Positions 11,401 to 22,100 of a DNA stretch of 64,000 bases are shown here, one piece after another. The stretch is from a virus, in IMG/VR virus record IMGVR_UViG_3300006738_000004, positions 1 to 64,000 of that record. One strand, written 5' to 3'. The notes below the pieces were generated by a model that did not search any database, was not told where the DNA came from, and saw nothing but the letters and a program-made list of their open reading frames with translations. Both the position numbers and the translations under genes were made by a program. Within the stretch, counting starts at the first letter, position 1; every line of letters starts with the position of its first letter.

Positions 11401-13094
11401 AGACTTTCTTTAGTGCTGAAACTGGGTTTATGGGTTTATGCGGGGAGGAGGACCTAAACCCCAACTTCACATTGATGGCGCAGTACAACGCCTGTATGAA
11501 GTGGACGCCAGATAAAACTGACGACGACTACGCGGAGTGCGTAGACCCTTCCAAGAACAGCCCCAACTGGGAGGAGGATGCGGAGATTGGCTACTACAAC
11601 TGCGGGTGTGTGTTTGTATCCGGTCTGAAGGGTGATCTGGTGGTGGACCTTCGTGGCACTGGGTTGGAGTGTGAAGACCGGAGCATGGTAGACGCCAACA
11701 GGTGGGGGTTCCCTGTCACCGGGTGGTGGGTGGAGCCTCACAACCACGGCGGCGGGAACGCCCAGAACTGGTACAGCAGAAAGTTTGCGTACTACGTCCA
11801 GACGGCGTGGGATGCTTTGGGTAGGCGCTACATGGACTTGCTGAAGGCTGAGGGGATGAAGAACGACACTTCCTGGGAGCATCCTGAGTTGATGAATGAT
11901 GCGTTTGATGCGAAGCAGGAGTTCTACGATCAAATCGAGGAGAACTTTGGGGGTGATGATTTTGAGATCGGCCAGGGCATCCCCGACTTTGCTGCTCGGC
12001 AGGTGATGATTCGCTACGCCTCCGATGAGCAGCTTCGGGAGGAAGAGCCTGCGAGGCTTGTCCCAAGCCCGGTTTTTCCCGTTTCAGACAACGAGGGGTT
12101 TGAGGTGATTGGGTCCCAGGCTTACGGTCGCGGACTCAATGTTCTTCTCTACTCGGACCTTGTGGCGGCAACGGGCTTTGACTCCTCACGGGTGGTTGTT
12201 GGGAACGGCGACACGGGATCTCAAGCGTCTTTTCAAGCCGCCGAGGAGTTCCTGTGGACCTTTGCCACACAAAGTCGCCAAGACCCTGCGGCTGCGCTGT
12301 CAGCCATGAAGAACAAGGATGCGAGCACCTGGGCGAATGCGTCGATGGCGTTGGGGGTAGCGGGTGTCGATGTGCCCATGGAAAGTTGGACGCTCGACCA
12401 CTACACTGCCGGGATCAAACCGGCGACCACAGTCTCTGCGGTCACACAAGTGTTGGGAAAGACTGAGAGGGCCTTGTCCAACCACTCGACCGATTCTGAT
12501 GGGGCGTACCAGAGCCTTGTGGCAGGCAACATCCCGGTTGCGGTTGCTGAGATCACTGCGGGGGCTGAAAACGTATGTGCTTGTCGAGGGTTCCAGGGGG
12601 AGATTTACATGGCGATGTTGCAGGATTCGACTGGTTTGGCGCTCGCCTCTGAAGGGCCTATGCACCTGAGTGAGGATTTGGATGCGGATGCACTCATAGC
12701 CCAAGCGTCGAAACTTGAGGCTTGGTGGATGTCAAAGGATGCTTTGGCGGGCCGTCACTTGGATACGGAGAGGACCAACATCGCAACGATGATCTCAGAC
12801 ACCTTTGGGGCAGGAGGCCAGTACGACACGATGATGGGGATTTCGGAGGAGACTGGGTTGAGGGCGGGTGCAGTGGAGGCAAAGGAAAGGTACCACCAGT
12901 TGAAGATCGAGATCGAGGCTACAGCACGGGATATAGCCACAGGTGCTGTCTTTCAGGAACCCGAGGATGTGGTCCAGGAGGAGGGTGTCATCGCTACCAC
13001 TGAAGGGGAAAGCGGAGGCCCCCCTATGCCCGGACCTCCCGACTTGACCTACGGGGCGAGTTCGACTCCTGGGTATGATTTAGGGGACGACTGA
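8466..13094 (+). CDS. Baseplate hub protein (T4 gp27/Mu gp44-like), enlarged to 1542 aa
   Basis: Hub-type motifs FELYMDVDGDIVFKPPFWN and ATIPIRPELRPGYPVYI...YYIQSLSHQFQFGGQCTTTI; TGA/ATG coupling with the upstream gene. Confidence 0.75.
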   Translation: MGVGDRPYAGGWKQNQNSVVRHTPDARVFFNGMLTLPGCPACHGSVDVQKYITGVSVDTSVEPVANCTISMSVPRFASDVFGQDGSFIITPGIEVVVYMRGYFPIAGGAVTPGWAEGVVEGEINTNEVVAYPYYQVFRGIVIEASHDYNGGMYNASLTCADFLHFWQNLQLATNGAVLQNSTNDSSIQGYMTGHRFTRMNPYAIIYTLFKVGYGSTGGADYIMSGKTNHDATAWKGESGTQLNKLAALNMERILASHQMSLKMFAMDGTLYSAMEMAFIGTFHDDQSQGSQLWENAGADHGTVTGRMLEFLRKYGFNSAAANAQLLDSNEGGDAAYLNILKQNAFMMDIGALGALNLWETEYMTKLEIGAAVTDITGFELYMDVDGDIVFKPPFWNMDTSSDPTYRIENRDLISLSQASREPEATYVKVTGTHFNAQGTGTDGWVAPGATYIDYRLVGMFGWREHSFEAGYLSSAKQMYISAIARLDVINVGTHTCSATIPIRPELRPGYPVYITEAQCFYYIQSLSHQFQFGGQCTTTINGTARRGKFHPPGTPPKDRPVAISDIRLDRPDLPALPILASGQGGETASQTFEARTVGFPNVVMALDPSQQNIQGWITDPFTQLELGGDQSVWAEKAVIEWLLTKGYIEADPENAPSTDLHVVRTEGPWKFRTSNTDWQTIRKAEITEGYAAYAAAGQALSKAREGDNRTGYANAQRMYIEAISGPFGTLIGAIKKDDLNKDEALRNWIALLETQKARWAPKAEGRYRYYSSSHPDPAHQGPDLIRWDKLGGTMNLETPRSPESSGKLHILKDGGTAYPLVEEISASDVERGLTVMALDSDGEEATQAIILTSELHFVNFCYHTAIPNPTRLVGAKGQDYLAGFFIDTGRLEWWVRVIRVNGPNAQAAENNPKAWFYGDSGDPQTGFDSLKPADGVIGALFGLMAEAGKQMKTPSGKNAWESIKEGAPSGARSIKQDVETFFSAETGFMGLCGEEDLNPNFTLMAQYNACMKWTPDKTDDDYAECVDPSKNSPNWEEDAEIGYYNCGCVFVSGLKGDLVVDLRGTGLECEDRSMVDANRWGFPVTGWWVEPHNHGGGNAQNWYSRKFAYYVQTAWDALGRRYMDLLKAEGMKNDTSWEHPELMNDAFDAKQEFYDQIEENFGGDDFEIGQGIPDFAARQVMIRYASDEQLREEEPARLVPSPVFPVSDNEGFEVIGSQAYGRGLNVLLYSDLVAATGFDSSRVVVGNGDTGSQASFQAAEEFLWTFATQSRQDPAAALSAMKNKDASTWANASMALGVAGVDVPMESWTLDHYTAGIKPATTVSAVTQVLGKTERALSNHSTDSDGAYQSLVAGNIPVAVAEITAGAENVCACRGFQGEIYMAMLQDSTGLALASEGPMHLSEDLDADALIAQASKLEAWWMSKDALAGRHLDTERTNIATMISDTFGAGGQYDTMMGISEETGLRAGAVEAKERYHQLKIEIEATARDIATGAVFQEPEDVVQEEGVIATTEGESGGPPMPGPPDLTYGASSTPGYDLGDD

Positions 13095-13105
13095 GGAGGT
13101 TTGTA

Positions 13106-15571
13106 ATGGCCGGTAAAGGTAAAAAGACCACAGGGAGACGTAACCGGGGGGAGGTTCGCGGGAAGCTGACGAATCGTCGTAGGAAAAGGCTTGAAGCAGA
13201 AAGCCTGAACTACACCGCAGGGGTACTTCGGAAAGGCTACGTCGTCCTGGTGAATGCCGTGGACATGACGGTGGACATCCAGCTTGTTCAAGGTCCCAAC
13301 AACAAGCCTTACAAAGGCATCCCCATCTCATTCGGAGCGTGCGGCAGCCGTACTTTCATGGGGGTGATGCCAGAGATGAACGACCAGTGTGTGGTGGGGT
13401 TCGCTCCTGCCACCATGGCAAACACTCGGCCCTACATCGTGGCTTGGATTCCCAATGCCCCTCGCATGGGAAGGGATTGGGTTCCTGTTTCCATCCATTC
13501 CCAGGCTGAGGTGGAAAACACTGTTCGTGTCAGGAATCAAGCGGGACCTTACGCCCCCCTGATTCGGAACAAGACACCTCGTTTGAATGAGGGGAATGCT
13601 TTTGTCTCGTCCGGGCAGGGCGCGGATTTGATTCTCGATGAGTCAGCCACCTTGACAAACCGCAGGGGCAACGAGGTGATCCTGCGCGACCAGGACCAAG
13701 CATTGGTTGTCCGTAGCGTGCAGCAGTTCCATGCGGGTTCCGGTTTCCGTATCTACGGAGGCATCGTCCAAAGAGACGCCGAGCTTCTTCCCACCACACT
13801 GTTCAATGCTCACTATTGGTGGGCAGCACCGGGACAAGCTCTCACTACGGATGAGGACGTCAAGCCATCCCAGTTCCCCACGGACTACGCGACCGCAGAC
13901 ACTCTTGCACCTTCGATGCTTTTTCAGCGGCGGTCAGATGGCACCAGGGTTCACCCTGATTACGGCAACACGAGCCTTGGGTTGGACCCATACAAGCTCT
14001 TAGAGCGGGGGTTGTTCATCTCCCCCTCCGGGGTGCTGCTCGGGGGCAAGATCAGCGATGCTGTTTACGGGGGCAAGCCCGTTTACCGAGTGAGCGAGGC
14101 TTTGGGGAATGCTTTTGGAGACTCTGAAGCAGAGACGTTCACAGAATACAGGATCGAAGTAACCCACACTTCTGACGGAACGCTCCCTGTCACGGAAGAA
14201 ACCGATGGGTTTGATGCCGACCGCCTTCCTCTTAGCGGCTCTGCCCGGTTGGCTCCTACTGGAGATGATGATTCCGAGGGGCAGCCCGAGATGGACAATC
14301 CTCCTCCTGTCCCAAGCAACAACGTCCCTTTTGTAGAGATGGTGATGGGGACTTACATCGGCAACGACCCCTTCTATGGCGGGAAGGAGCTTTACGGTCT
14401 GCCCATCTGCCCTCAGCTTGTTGGCAGTGACGGGTCTAAGTCTCCAGGGTTGGTGTCTGGGGTCGGTAAGCCAGTTAGCGAGCACGCTGCTTGGATTGTG
14501 AAAGTCCAGAACCCGGAAGACCCCACCCAACCTCCTTCTTGGATGGCTATCACCAAGGGGGGAGCTTTCCGGCAGTACTTCTCTGGGAAGGGTTCACCTG
14601 GAGGCGTTGCCGTCTATGACAACAGCCAGACCGACATCTATGGGGGTGAGGGGTACACCGTCCAGGCAGGTGGGGGGAATGCCTCAATCGACCTGGAGCA
14701 TACGGACGGTTCAAATCAAGACGGCTACGGGATCACGGCCACTTCGCCCGCTGCCATCCTGCTCCATGCAGGTGCTGCGTCTACCTCCATGGATGCCACG
14801 AACGCCTCTATGGCGGGCGAAGCCGCCTCCATGGTCATCAAGTCAGACACCAACACGAGCGTTGTGAGTGCGGGTGAGGAAAAGCATAGTTGCGCCAAGT
14901 TTACGGTGACGGACTGCGACGTGATGGCACAGTCGATCACCAAGAACTGGAATGTGAACAGCGGTGGCGGCATTGGGTTTAGCGGGGCGACGGGCAAGGA
15001 GATGTGGACCGGGAGTAAAGACATCGCCTACGGGGGGAAGGGGAACAGTGACCCCACCGGGCCTCCCCCCTTGGTGGAGACTTTCAGTGCCAATGCTGCC
15101 ACAGGAATCCTTGGTGCGGCAAAAGTGCGAGAGCAGACCCTCCAGATGGGGGCGTGGGATTGCTCAGGCCCAATGGTGAGGGAGGATCACACCTACAAGG
15201 TCGGCTCCATCAACCTCAAAGGGACAGGCACCGCCGCAATGGCTGCGGGGTTTGGGACAGGGGTGCGAGTCGGATCTGGTGTGGGGTCCCAAGACAACAG
15301 CACCTCCCACAAGCCTACTGGCATCAAGACGGTCGGTTACATCGGAAACGTGACCAGCAAGGCGGTTGCGGGGGGCACCTCGTTGACGAGCACCCTGGCC
15401 GCAACTGTGAAATCTGCGGCCAAGTTTGGTGCCAGCGCCCCTTTGATTCAACTGACGTCACCGGGGGTTTTCGCTGGCGCTGTCTTGTCGGAGGGGTGCA
15501 TCGACAATCTTACCGGATCTTCATTCATCTCCAGCGGTACAGTCGGATACTCGACCTGTCGTATCGGCTAA
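13106..15571 (+). CDS. Baseplate central spike (gp5/gpV-like OB-fold N-terminus, beta-helix-like C-terminus), 821 aa
   Basis: SD GAGGAGG; GYVVLVNAVDMTVDI...MPEMNDQCVVGF...PYIVAW matches the gpV OB-fold pattern; Gly/Ser/Thr-rich beta-strand C-terminus. Confidence 0.7.
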   Translation: MAGKGKKTTGRRNRGEVRGKLTNRRRKRLEAESLNYTAGVLRKGYVVLVNAVDMTVDIQLVQGPNNKPYKGIPISFGACGSRTFMGVMPEMNDQCVVGFAPATMANTRPYIVAWIPNAPRMGRDWVPVSIHSQAEVENTVRVRNQAGPYAPLIRNKTPRLNEGNAFVSSGQGADLILDESATLTNRRGNEVILRDQDQALVVRSVQQFHAGSGFRIYGGIVQRDAELLPTTLFNAHYWWAAPGQALTTDEDVKPSQFPTDYATADTLAPSMLFQRRSDGTRVHPDYGNTSLGLDPYKLLERGLFISPSGVLLGGKISDAVYGGKPVYRVSEALGNAFGDSEAETFTEYRIEVTHTSDGTLPVTEETDGFDADRLPLSGSARLAPTGDDDSEGQPEMDNPPPVPSNNVPFVEMVMGTYIGNDPFYGGKELYGLPICPQLVGSDGSKSPGLVSGVGKPVSEHAAWIVKVQNPEDPTQPPSWMAITKGGAFRQYFSGKGSPGGVAVYDNSQTDIYGGEGYTVQAGGGNASIDLEHTDGSNQDGYGITATSPAAILLHAGAASTSMDATNASMAGEAASMVIKSDTNTSVVSAGEEKHSCAKFTVTDCDVMAQSITKNWNVNSGGGIGFSGATGKEMWTGSKDIAYGGKGNSDPTGPPPLVETFSANAATGILGAAKVREQTLQMGAWDCSGPMVREDHTYKVGSINLKGTGTAAMAAGFGTGVRVGSGVGSQDNSTSHKPTGIKTVGYIGNVTSKAVAGGTSLTSTLAATVKSAAKFGASAPLIQLTSPGVFAGAVLSEGCIDNLTGSSFISSGTVGYSTCRIG

Positions 15572-15600
15572 TGATGCGGGGTGTCCGCATTGGAGTGTAG

Positions 15601-16173
15601 ATGGCTGTTACCGGTAAGGCTGTTTCGATGGCCATCATTGCAGCGGGGCCTAAGCTCGTAGGCCCTACTTGGCTCAAGGTGGCAGATGCCGTTGGGGTTT
15701 CGGTAGCCCAGTGGCTCAAAGCAGCAGGGGTACGAACTACTGGAGCTACCGCAGGCGTTGCAGGAGGAGGCACCGTAACCGGCAAGGTTGGCGTGGCTCC
15801 GATGGCGTTGCCTGGGACGATCCAAGCGGCTGGCTTGGTTGGAATCACCGGAGGCCAAATCGCCACTGCTGTTGGTATGGGGTTCTCGTCTGCTTTCAAC
15901 GCCAGCAACCAGTTCACGGGCGTCTCTACTGGGGTGGGGATTGGGGTGGAGGTCGTTACCAAGGTCACGGCGGCTAATGCTGGCTCTCTCATCACGATTC
16001 TCACGGGCAACCTCGCCGCCAAGAAGATCACTGGCTTGAACGCGGCCAAACTTGCCGCTGGGATCGGCAACGGTATTGCCGCTATTGCTTTGACTGGAGT
16101 GGGTGCAGGCGTAGCGGCGGGGTCTCCCTCCCCTGTGCCTGCGACGGGTACAAGCAAGTCCGTGGTGGTGTGA
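15601..16173 (+). CDS. Gly/Ala-rich small virion protein (190 aa), candidate spike tip
   Basis: Immediately follows the spike gene; GGAG SD; very high small-residue content with internal pseudo-repeats. Confidence 0.45.
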   Translation: MAVTGKAVSMAIIAAGPKLVGPTWLKVADAVGVSVAQWLKAAGVRTTGATAGVAGGGTVTGKVGVAPMALPGTIQAAGLVGITGGQIATAVGMGFSSAFNASNQFTGVSTGVGIGVEVVTKVTAANAGSLITILTGNLAAKKITGLNAAKLAAGIGNGIAAIALTGVGAGVAAGSPSPVPATGTSKSVVV

Positions 16174-16176
16174 GAG

Positions 16177-19100
16177 ATGGGTCTTGAGATCGACGGTTAT
16201 GTGCTTCGACCTGCGCGAAGTGCCCCTGCTAATGCCATTACGACTGGCGAGGCGGTCACTGGTGTTGACCGCACGCATGTCGATTTTGAGATGCCGTCGA
16301 ACTACGGCTACTACCTTTCTGTTGCTCAACGGCCAGTAGCTCCTTTTGCAGACCAGTATCGTTCTGCTGTGCTTCTGCGCCCTGAAGCAGGGAAGGAGGA
16401 GTTCCTGGTTTGGGCGGCCAACACGAGCAACTTCTCAGTCCTCGCAGAAGACACGGAGTTTGGGCTGTGGGATGTGCTTGGAGACCCTGATTTCGTCACT
16501 GCTTCAGCAGGAAGTCTGGAGGCAACCAACCTCATTGAGCCTCTTGAGCCTTACGCCGACGGCACCGACAAGCTGATCGTTGCGGATGAGTACCAACGCA
16601 GCCTGTATGAAGTGGACGCCGTGGTCATCAGGCGGGGTGACCTTCCCCTTGTTCCCTATGGGATAGGGGACAAGGCAGTTCTCTTCAACCCTGATGGCGT
16701 CAACTTCTCGGGCGGCATTGCTGAGCAAAACCCGGTCACAGGGGCGATTACCCTTAGCGATGCTGCTGGCAACATTCTGGAGGCTTTGGGAGGGGGGTTT
16801 TCCGTAGCCCGTGGGGACACGGTCACGTTTGTAGCCTACCGCCTTGCCCCTCCTACCTTTTGGTGGACCAAGAATGAACCAAACCTCACTCGCTTCGGGT
16901 GGAACGGCAAGGTGAGCCGCTGGGAGCCTCTGAAGGGGAGCCTCCCGCAGCATCTGGGGAAGGTAAAGGAAGACGAGACTTACCAGCTTTTCCCTCGCCC
17001 TGTCCGATTCGAGGCGGGGAGTGAGCTTCCCCATATCGTCGGCCTCGCGGATTCTTACGCCCTGGTACGAGTGGGTCTGGCGTTTGATGCAGGGTCCGAC
17101 AACCCCACTGTTGCCGTTGTCGCGGATGCCGCCATCGAAACCGGGCCGGACTGGGTGACCTTGGGGACTGACGCAGCCGTAGGCCAGAAGAACGGCGTCC
17201 TTATCTTCTCACCGGACTACATCGAGACCTACGGGGGCCTGGATGTCTGGTATTCCCCCGAGGACTTCACGCCTTCCAACGACGGGGACCTTGGGGCACT
17301 TCGGGAAGCGGCCACGTCTGACATCGCCTTGTCTCCGATTCCAGGACCGACTGACAGACCGCTCTTGAGGCTTGGGTTCCGGCAACACCTTGAGCCGATC
17401 ATGCGCCTCGATGATTCAGGACTCAACGTGGCGGGTGCCATATCATCCGGGTACTTCGAGTGGTCCATGACCACCGGCAAGGTTGTCTTCAGTCAGGTGG
17501 ACATCGACAAGGCGACCCCAGGTGAGGGGGGCTACGAGCTTTCCTACTTGGGAGCACGGGTCTACTACGACGGCATTGCCATGTCGATGCAGCCTGTCCC
17601 TCTCAAGGCCCCTGTTGCATGTCAGAACCTCGGCGGGACCGAGATGACAGGGGAGACACCGGTCGAGGGCATCCCTTCTGACGGCCCCTTGTTTCTTCCT
17701 CTTGCCGATCCGTTTCCGTTTCCGGGGACTTCTGGGGTGCGGTGGGTTCCCGATGAGACTGGAACAATCCCCAAGATCCACCCTTTGGTCCCTGCCCCTG
17801 ACACGCGTCCAAATGAGTCGGGGTTGATGCGTGAAGTAGAAGGGATTGGTGACTCGTTTTTCTTCTGTGGCAAGCAGGCTTGGGAGTTCACCAAGGTCAT
17901 GGAGTACTGGAGTGACCTGACGCCACTCCATATTGCGGTGCCCTTTTTGAGGGCTGAGGTGTCGAGACAGCGGGCCTCCCCCTCCCCCGCATCGAACACG
18001 ATGTCCAAGGTTCAGATCAAGCGGGCGATGTTTGTGGGGGAGCCATTTTACTTCGTCCAGGCAGAGATCCTCCCCGCGATTTACAGCGATGAGAAGAGTG
18101 GTGCGAGGCTCTGGTCTCGTGTTCGAGAGCCGTTCATCTTTGCCGACGGCGACGAGAAGATGCGGTTCTCTCTCAACAACACCACGGAGGTGATTTGGGA
18201 CAACGCTGATGCTGGATATGGGCTGGGGGCCGGGGAGTTCTCCGCAGAACTGGTCGTGGCCTCCCTCGAAGCAGCTATCTTGGCTGCTGGTGCATCCGGT
18301 ACCCACTTTGAGGTGACGGCATTCCGGGGTCGGGTGTCCATTGAAGGTAAGGGTACTTCTGCCACCGATCCTTCAGTAGAGATCAGTTGGCTCGACACGA
18401 AGGTTCATGTGGGGGACCTTCGAGGGAACGCAGCCTTGGGGTTCCTTCCTGCTTGGCGTGTTGATTTCACCAAGGATCAAGTTTGGCAGCCGGATAACGG
18501 GATGGCTTTCGGGCTTCACCGCAGCCCTGAGAACTTTGCCCGTAAGAACTCCAGGCCCGATACCAGGGCCGTCCATAGATTCGGCGGTAAGACAGGCAAG
18601 ATTCTCACGAAGAACCTTCCAGCGACCCCCTTCTACAACATCATGAACCACCCTTTGGTGGATCTTCCCGGCTTCGATGAGGACGTTCATTTCCAGAGGA
18701 CGGAAGGACTGTTCGTCCGAGAGTTGAAGAACTACGATGGCATCTACTACGAGTTTGCAGATGACCGTGTCCAGTGGGTGGATGTAGCCGAGACGTCGTC
18801 TGATCGAATCCTGTCCCCGACTAACCAGCTTTCGCTGGCAGCCCTCTACGCTCTTCCTGACACGCTGTCCTCTGCGGCTATGGAGCCGATTGATTCAGGC
18901 TACGGCCTCTATCTGAAAGAGCCTGCGGGCATTTACACTGAGCAGGTGTGGAAGGAGGATTTCCTTCTCCCAGGCGAGGGTAGCGCAGGCCAAGCTCTCC
19001 TGATTGATGTCATCGGGGTGCAGATTGTTGAAGGGGGTGCAGGGAAGTTTGTTGCGGGCACCACGACCTTCGAGGACAACAATATCTCGGACTGGTCCGA

Positions 19101-22100
19101 CCTCGTTCAGGTTCCTGAGGGTCCTCCTGAAGCAGGCTATTTGCTCCATGTCCTCAATGGGGACGCAGAGGGCATCTACACTGTGGTCTCGGTGGGGACG
19201 GGCGCAAGTGCGAACAAGCTCCTCATATCTCCTGCTTTTCCTGCGGCTGCTGGCCCGGATGAAGGGGAGGCATACGTTCAATGGAAGCTGTACCACGGGT
19301 ACACGCGGGAGGTGTACGACCCTGCGGTAGTTGCTGATGTCGTTCTCGATGTCTTCAACCATCTCCCAGAGGAGCCATTTGAGATCAAGGTCCTGACCTC
19401 GATGGGGACCATTGAGCATCCTTTGGGCTACACCGCTGAGATAGGGAAAGCCCGTGAAAATGATCGTCTGATTTGGCTCCGCTTTGGCTTGGAGGGTGGT
19501 GAGGTAGTGCCTCGCTACCTGGAGACCGGGGAGGAGATAGGCCCCATCGCTGAATCAGGGCTGGTAATCCCGGACCTGACTGACCCGTTCTTCATCAACG
19601 AAGACTTCGCCATCCGTGTGGAAGGGCGAAAGTTCACGACGGACTTTCCCGCAAGCGGGGACGGTTTGCTTGTAGTTACCCCGGCTGCTTTGATTACCCC
19701 CATTCCAGGGGATGGGGTGTTCGTCTGCGGGGCTACGGGAACTGACCCTGGAATCATCCAGTTCGGGGAAGACACCCTGAGCGAGAACGATGGGGCCATG
19801 ATCTACTACGATCAGGTGCTTCCTGCGGTTGCGCCAGCCGGGGAAGCGTTCATTGACCCCACCACAGGTGATGCGGTCATCTCCGCTAATGCGGCCACCG
19901 AGTTTCAGGGCGAAGAGCTTTACTTCGTTGAGCAGATGATCACTGAGAATCGTCTTGATGTTCGGCTTAGCCCGATAGGAGGGTCCCTTTTCTTCCAAGC
20001 CCCGCTTCGGGAATATCAGATTGTGGAGTCTCACTACTTCCAGGCTGATACCGATGGAGACAAGCTCGTTGAGACAGATGACGATGGAGTAGATAGCTTC
20101 GTGGAAGTAACGGAGTTCCTGCCCCTCTATGTCCAGTTGGAGGAGGCCACTCGGGTAGACGACAACACCTTCACGTTCAACCCGACAGGCAGAACGATTG
20201 CCGAAGAAACGGAACCCATGATTTGGGCTGGAGTAGAGCTTCAGAACTACCGGGGGTTCGTGACCGCTACGGTGAGTGGAAGCACCATCACTTTTGAGGA
20301 GGCGGTTGACGAGGACGACGTAGTGAAAATCAACTACGGCGTGTACGAGGCGTTCGGCGGCGAGATGGCCTACGAAGTCTCGAAGAAGCCTGTCTACCGC
20401 CCTCCTTTCATGATTGATTCAGGGGTGAGCGACTTCACTCTCGTCGGGGACCGCACAGATGTGCTTCAGGTAGGGCAGCTTTTCGTCTTGGCTGAGCAGC
20501 CGTTCTACATCCAGGATGTCAGCTACAGCCATAGTACAGAAGAGACAACGGTCACGATTTGGCCTCCCACCGTAACGAAGGTAGGGACGCGCTCCCCTGG
20601 AAACGACGGCGGGGTTCTTATCACCATTGATCCGGTGGCTGTGGTGATTGACCCTGCGGGGGGTGCCATTTCAGGCGGTGGCTACGAGGGGTTCATGATG
20701 ACCCTCCTGCTCCCGGACGGCGTCACTGAAGTCCCCTACTTGGAGGTAGACAAGTTCGCCACTGAGATCATCTTCCAGGGGGACTGGAGGGAGTACATGC
20801 GGGCAGGCCACCTGCTCGAAGTCGGCGGCTACCCGATCATCTTGATTTCTTCGACTCTGTCTGAGGACGGAAGGTACACCATCGCGTCTTTCGGCACACC
20901 CATCCCAAAGAAGATGGTGTACGGCACGGATGGCGTTCGCATTTCCGTGCGCCCCGTGTACGGCCCCCTTCCTTACCAGTTCACAGGCGTGGCCCCTTTC
21001 ATTGAGCGGGAGGACTATGCGTTGTTCTTGCTGGGGTCAGTTGATTCAAGCGGGCAGGAGTTGCCTGGAAAGGTCCTGAGAGAGGGCACCCACTACATGG
21101 CTGACCCGGAAACCGGGGACATCGCCCTCATGCTTCCAGAACAGAAGGCTCTCAAGGGAGGGGAGCGGCTTCTGTTCCAGTACATCCAAGGGAAGGTCAT
21201 CCATCCGATTATCGAAGATGAAGCCATCATCGCCCCTGCTTTCAAGTCAAAGCACCTTGCGATGGCTATCCCCTCAGCGGAAAACGCCATGTTGGGGGCT
21301 ACCTTCCTTGCCAAGTACGTCTTCAGGAACCCTGATTCGTTCTACGCCCAGACCATTCCAGTTGAGGAGTACTTGCCTGAGGTCCAGGAATCGGCTGTGG
21401 AGAAGGTCCAGAACTCGGGACCTTCCACAGGAGGTCCCCCTGAAGCATTCCCCGGTGACCCTGACATCCAGAAGCAGGGGATTCTTGGCCTCCGAGGCGA
21501 AGTGCATGATCTGTACGACCTGGACCGAGGAGGGCGGCTCTATCTTTCCTTCTACAACAACGTGGTTGTTGCCTTCGAGCAGATCCTGGAGAACATCGAC
21601 GGAAGAATCATTGGGGACCGGGACGGCAAGTTCAAGTTCTTCGTTGGGCGCGGGGTTCGGTATGCCTTCCGGGGGTACGAGGACGAGATTACTGGGTTCC
21701 TCAACCCGCGTCTGATTTGGCGGGATTTGATCGAGACCTGGGCCGCAGGACTTGGCGACGGCTACTACACCGAGGAAGACTCCCTTTACTTGCCTCCTAC
21801 TGCGTTTCCCTTTGACCTTACCGGGACTTTGTATCCCAACAAGACTGCTGGGTTACCGCCTGACCCGTTTGGGTTGGGGTTCTTCATGGCGCGGCAGAGG
21901 TTCCGCGTCAAGAACGACATGGACGACATCCTCATGGTTGGGATGAAGGCCGTCTTGTCGGTCAACCTCTTCCCGCCTTTCCCTGCTGTTGAACTCAAGC
22001 CGAAGTTCGAGAAGATGTGGGAGAAGAACCTCTTTTCTCGCCTTTATCCCCAGCGCACGAAAGCCTTTACGCGCTTGCTTCCAGGGCTTGAAGCAAACTC

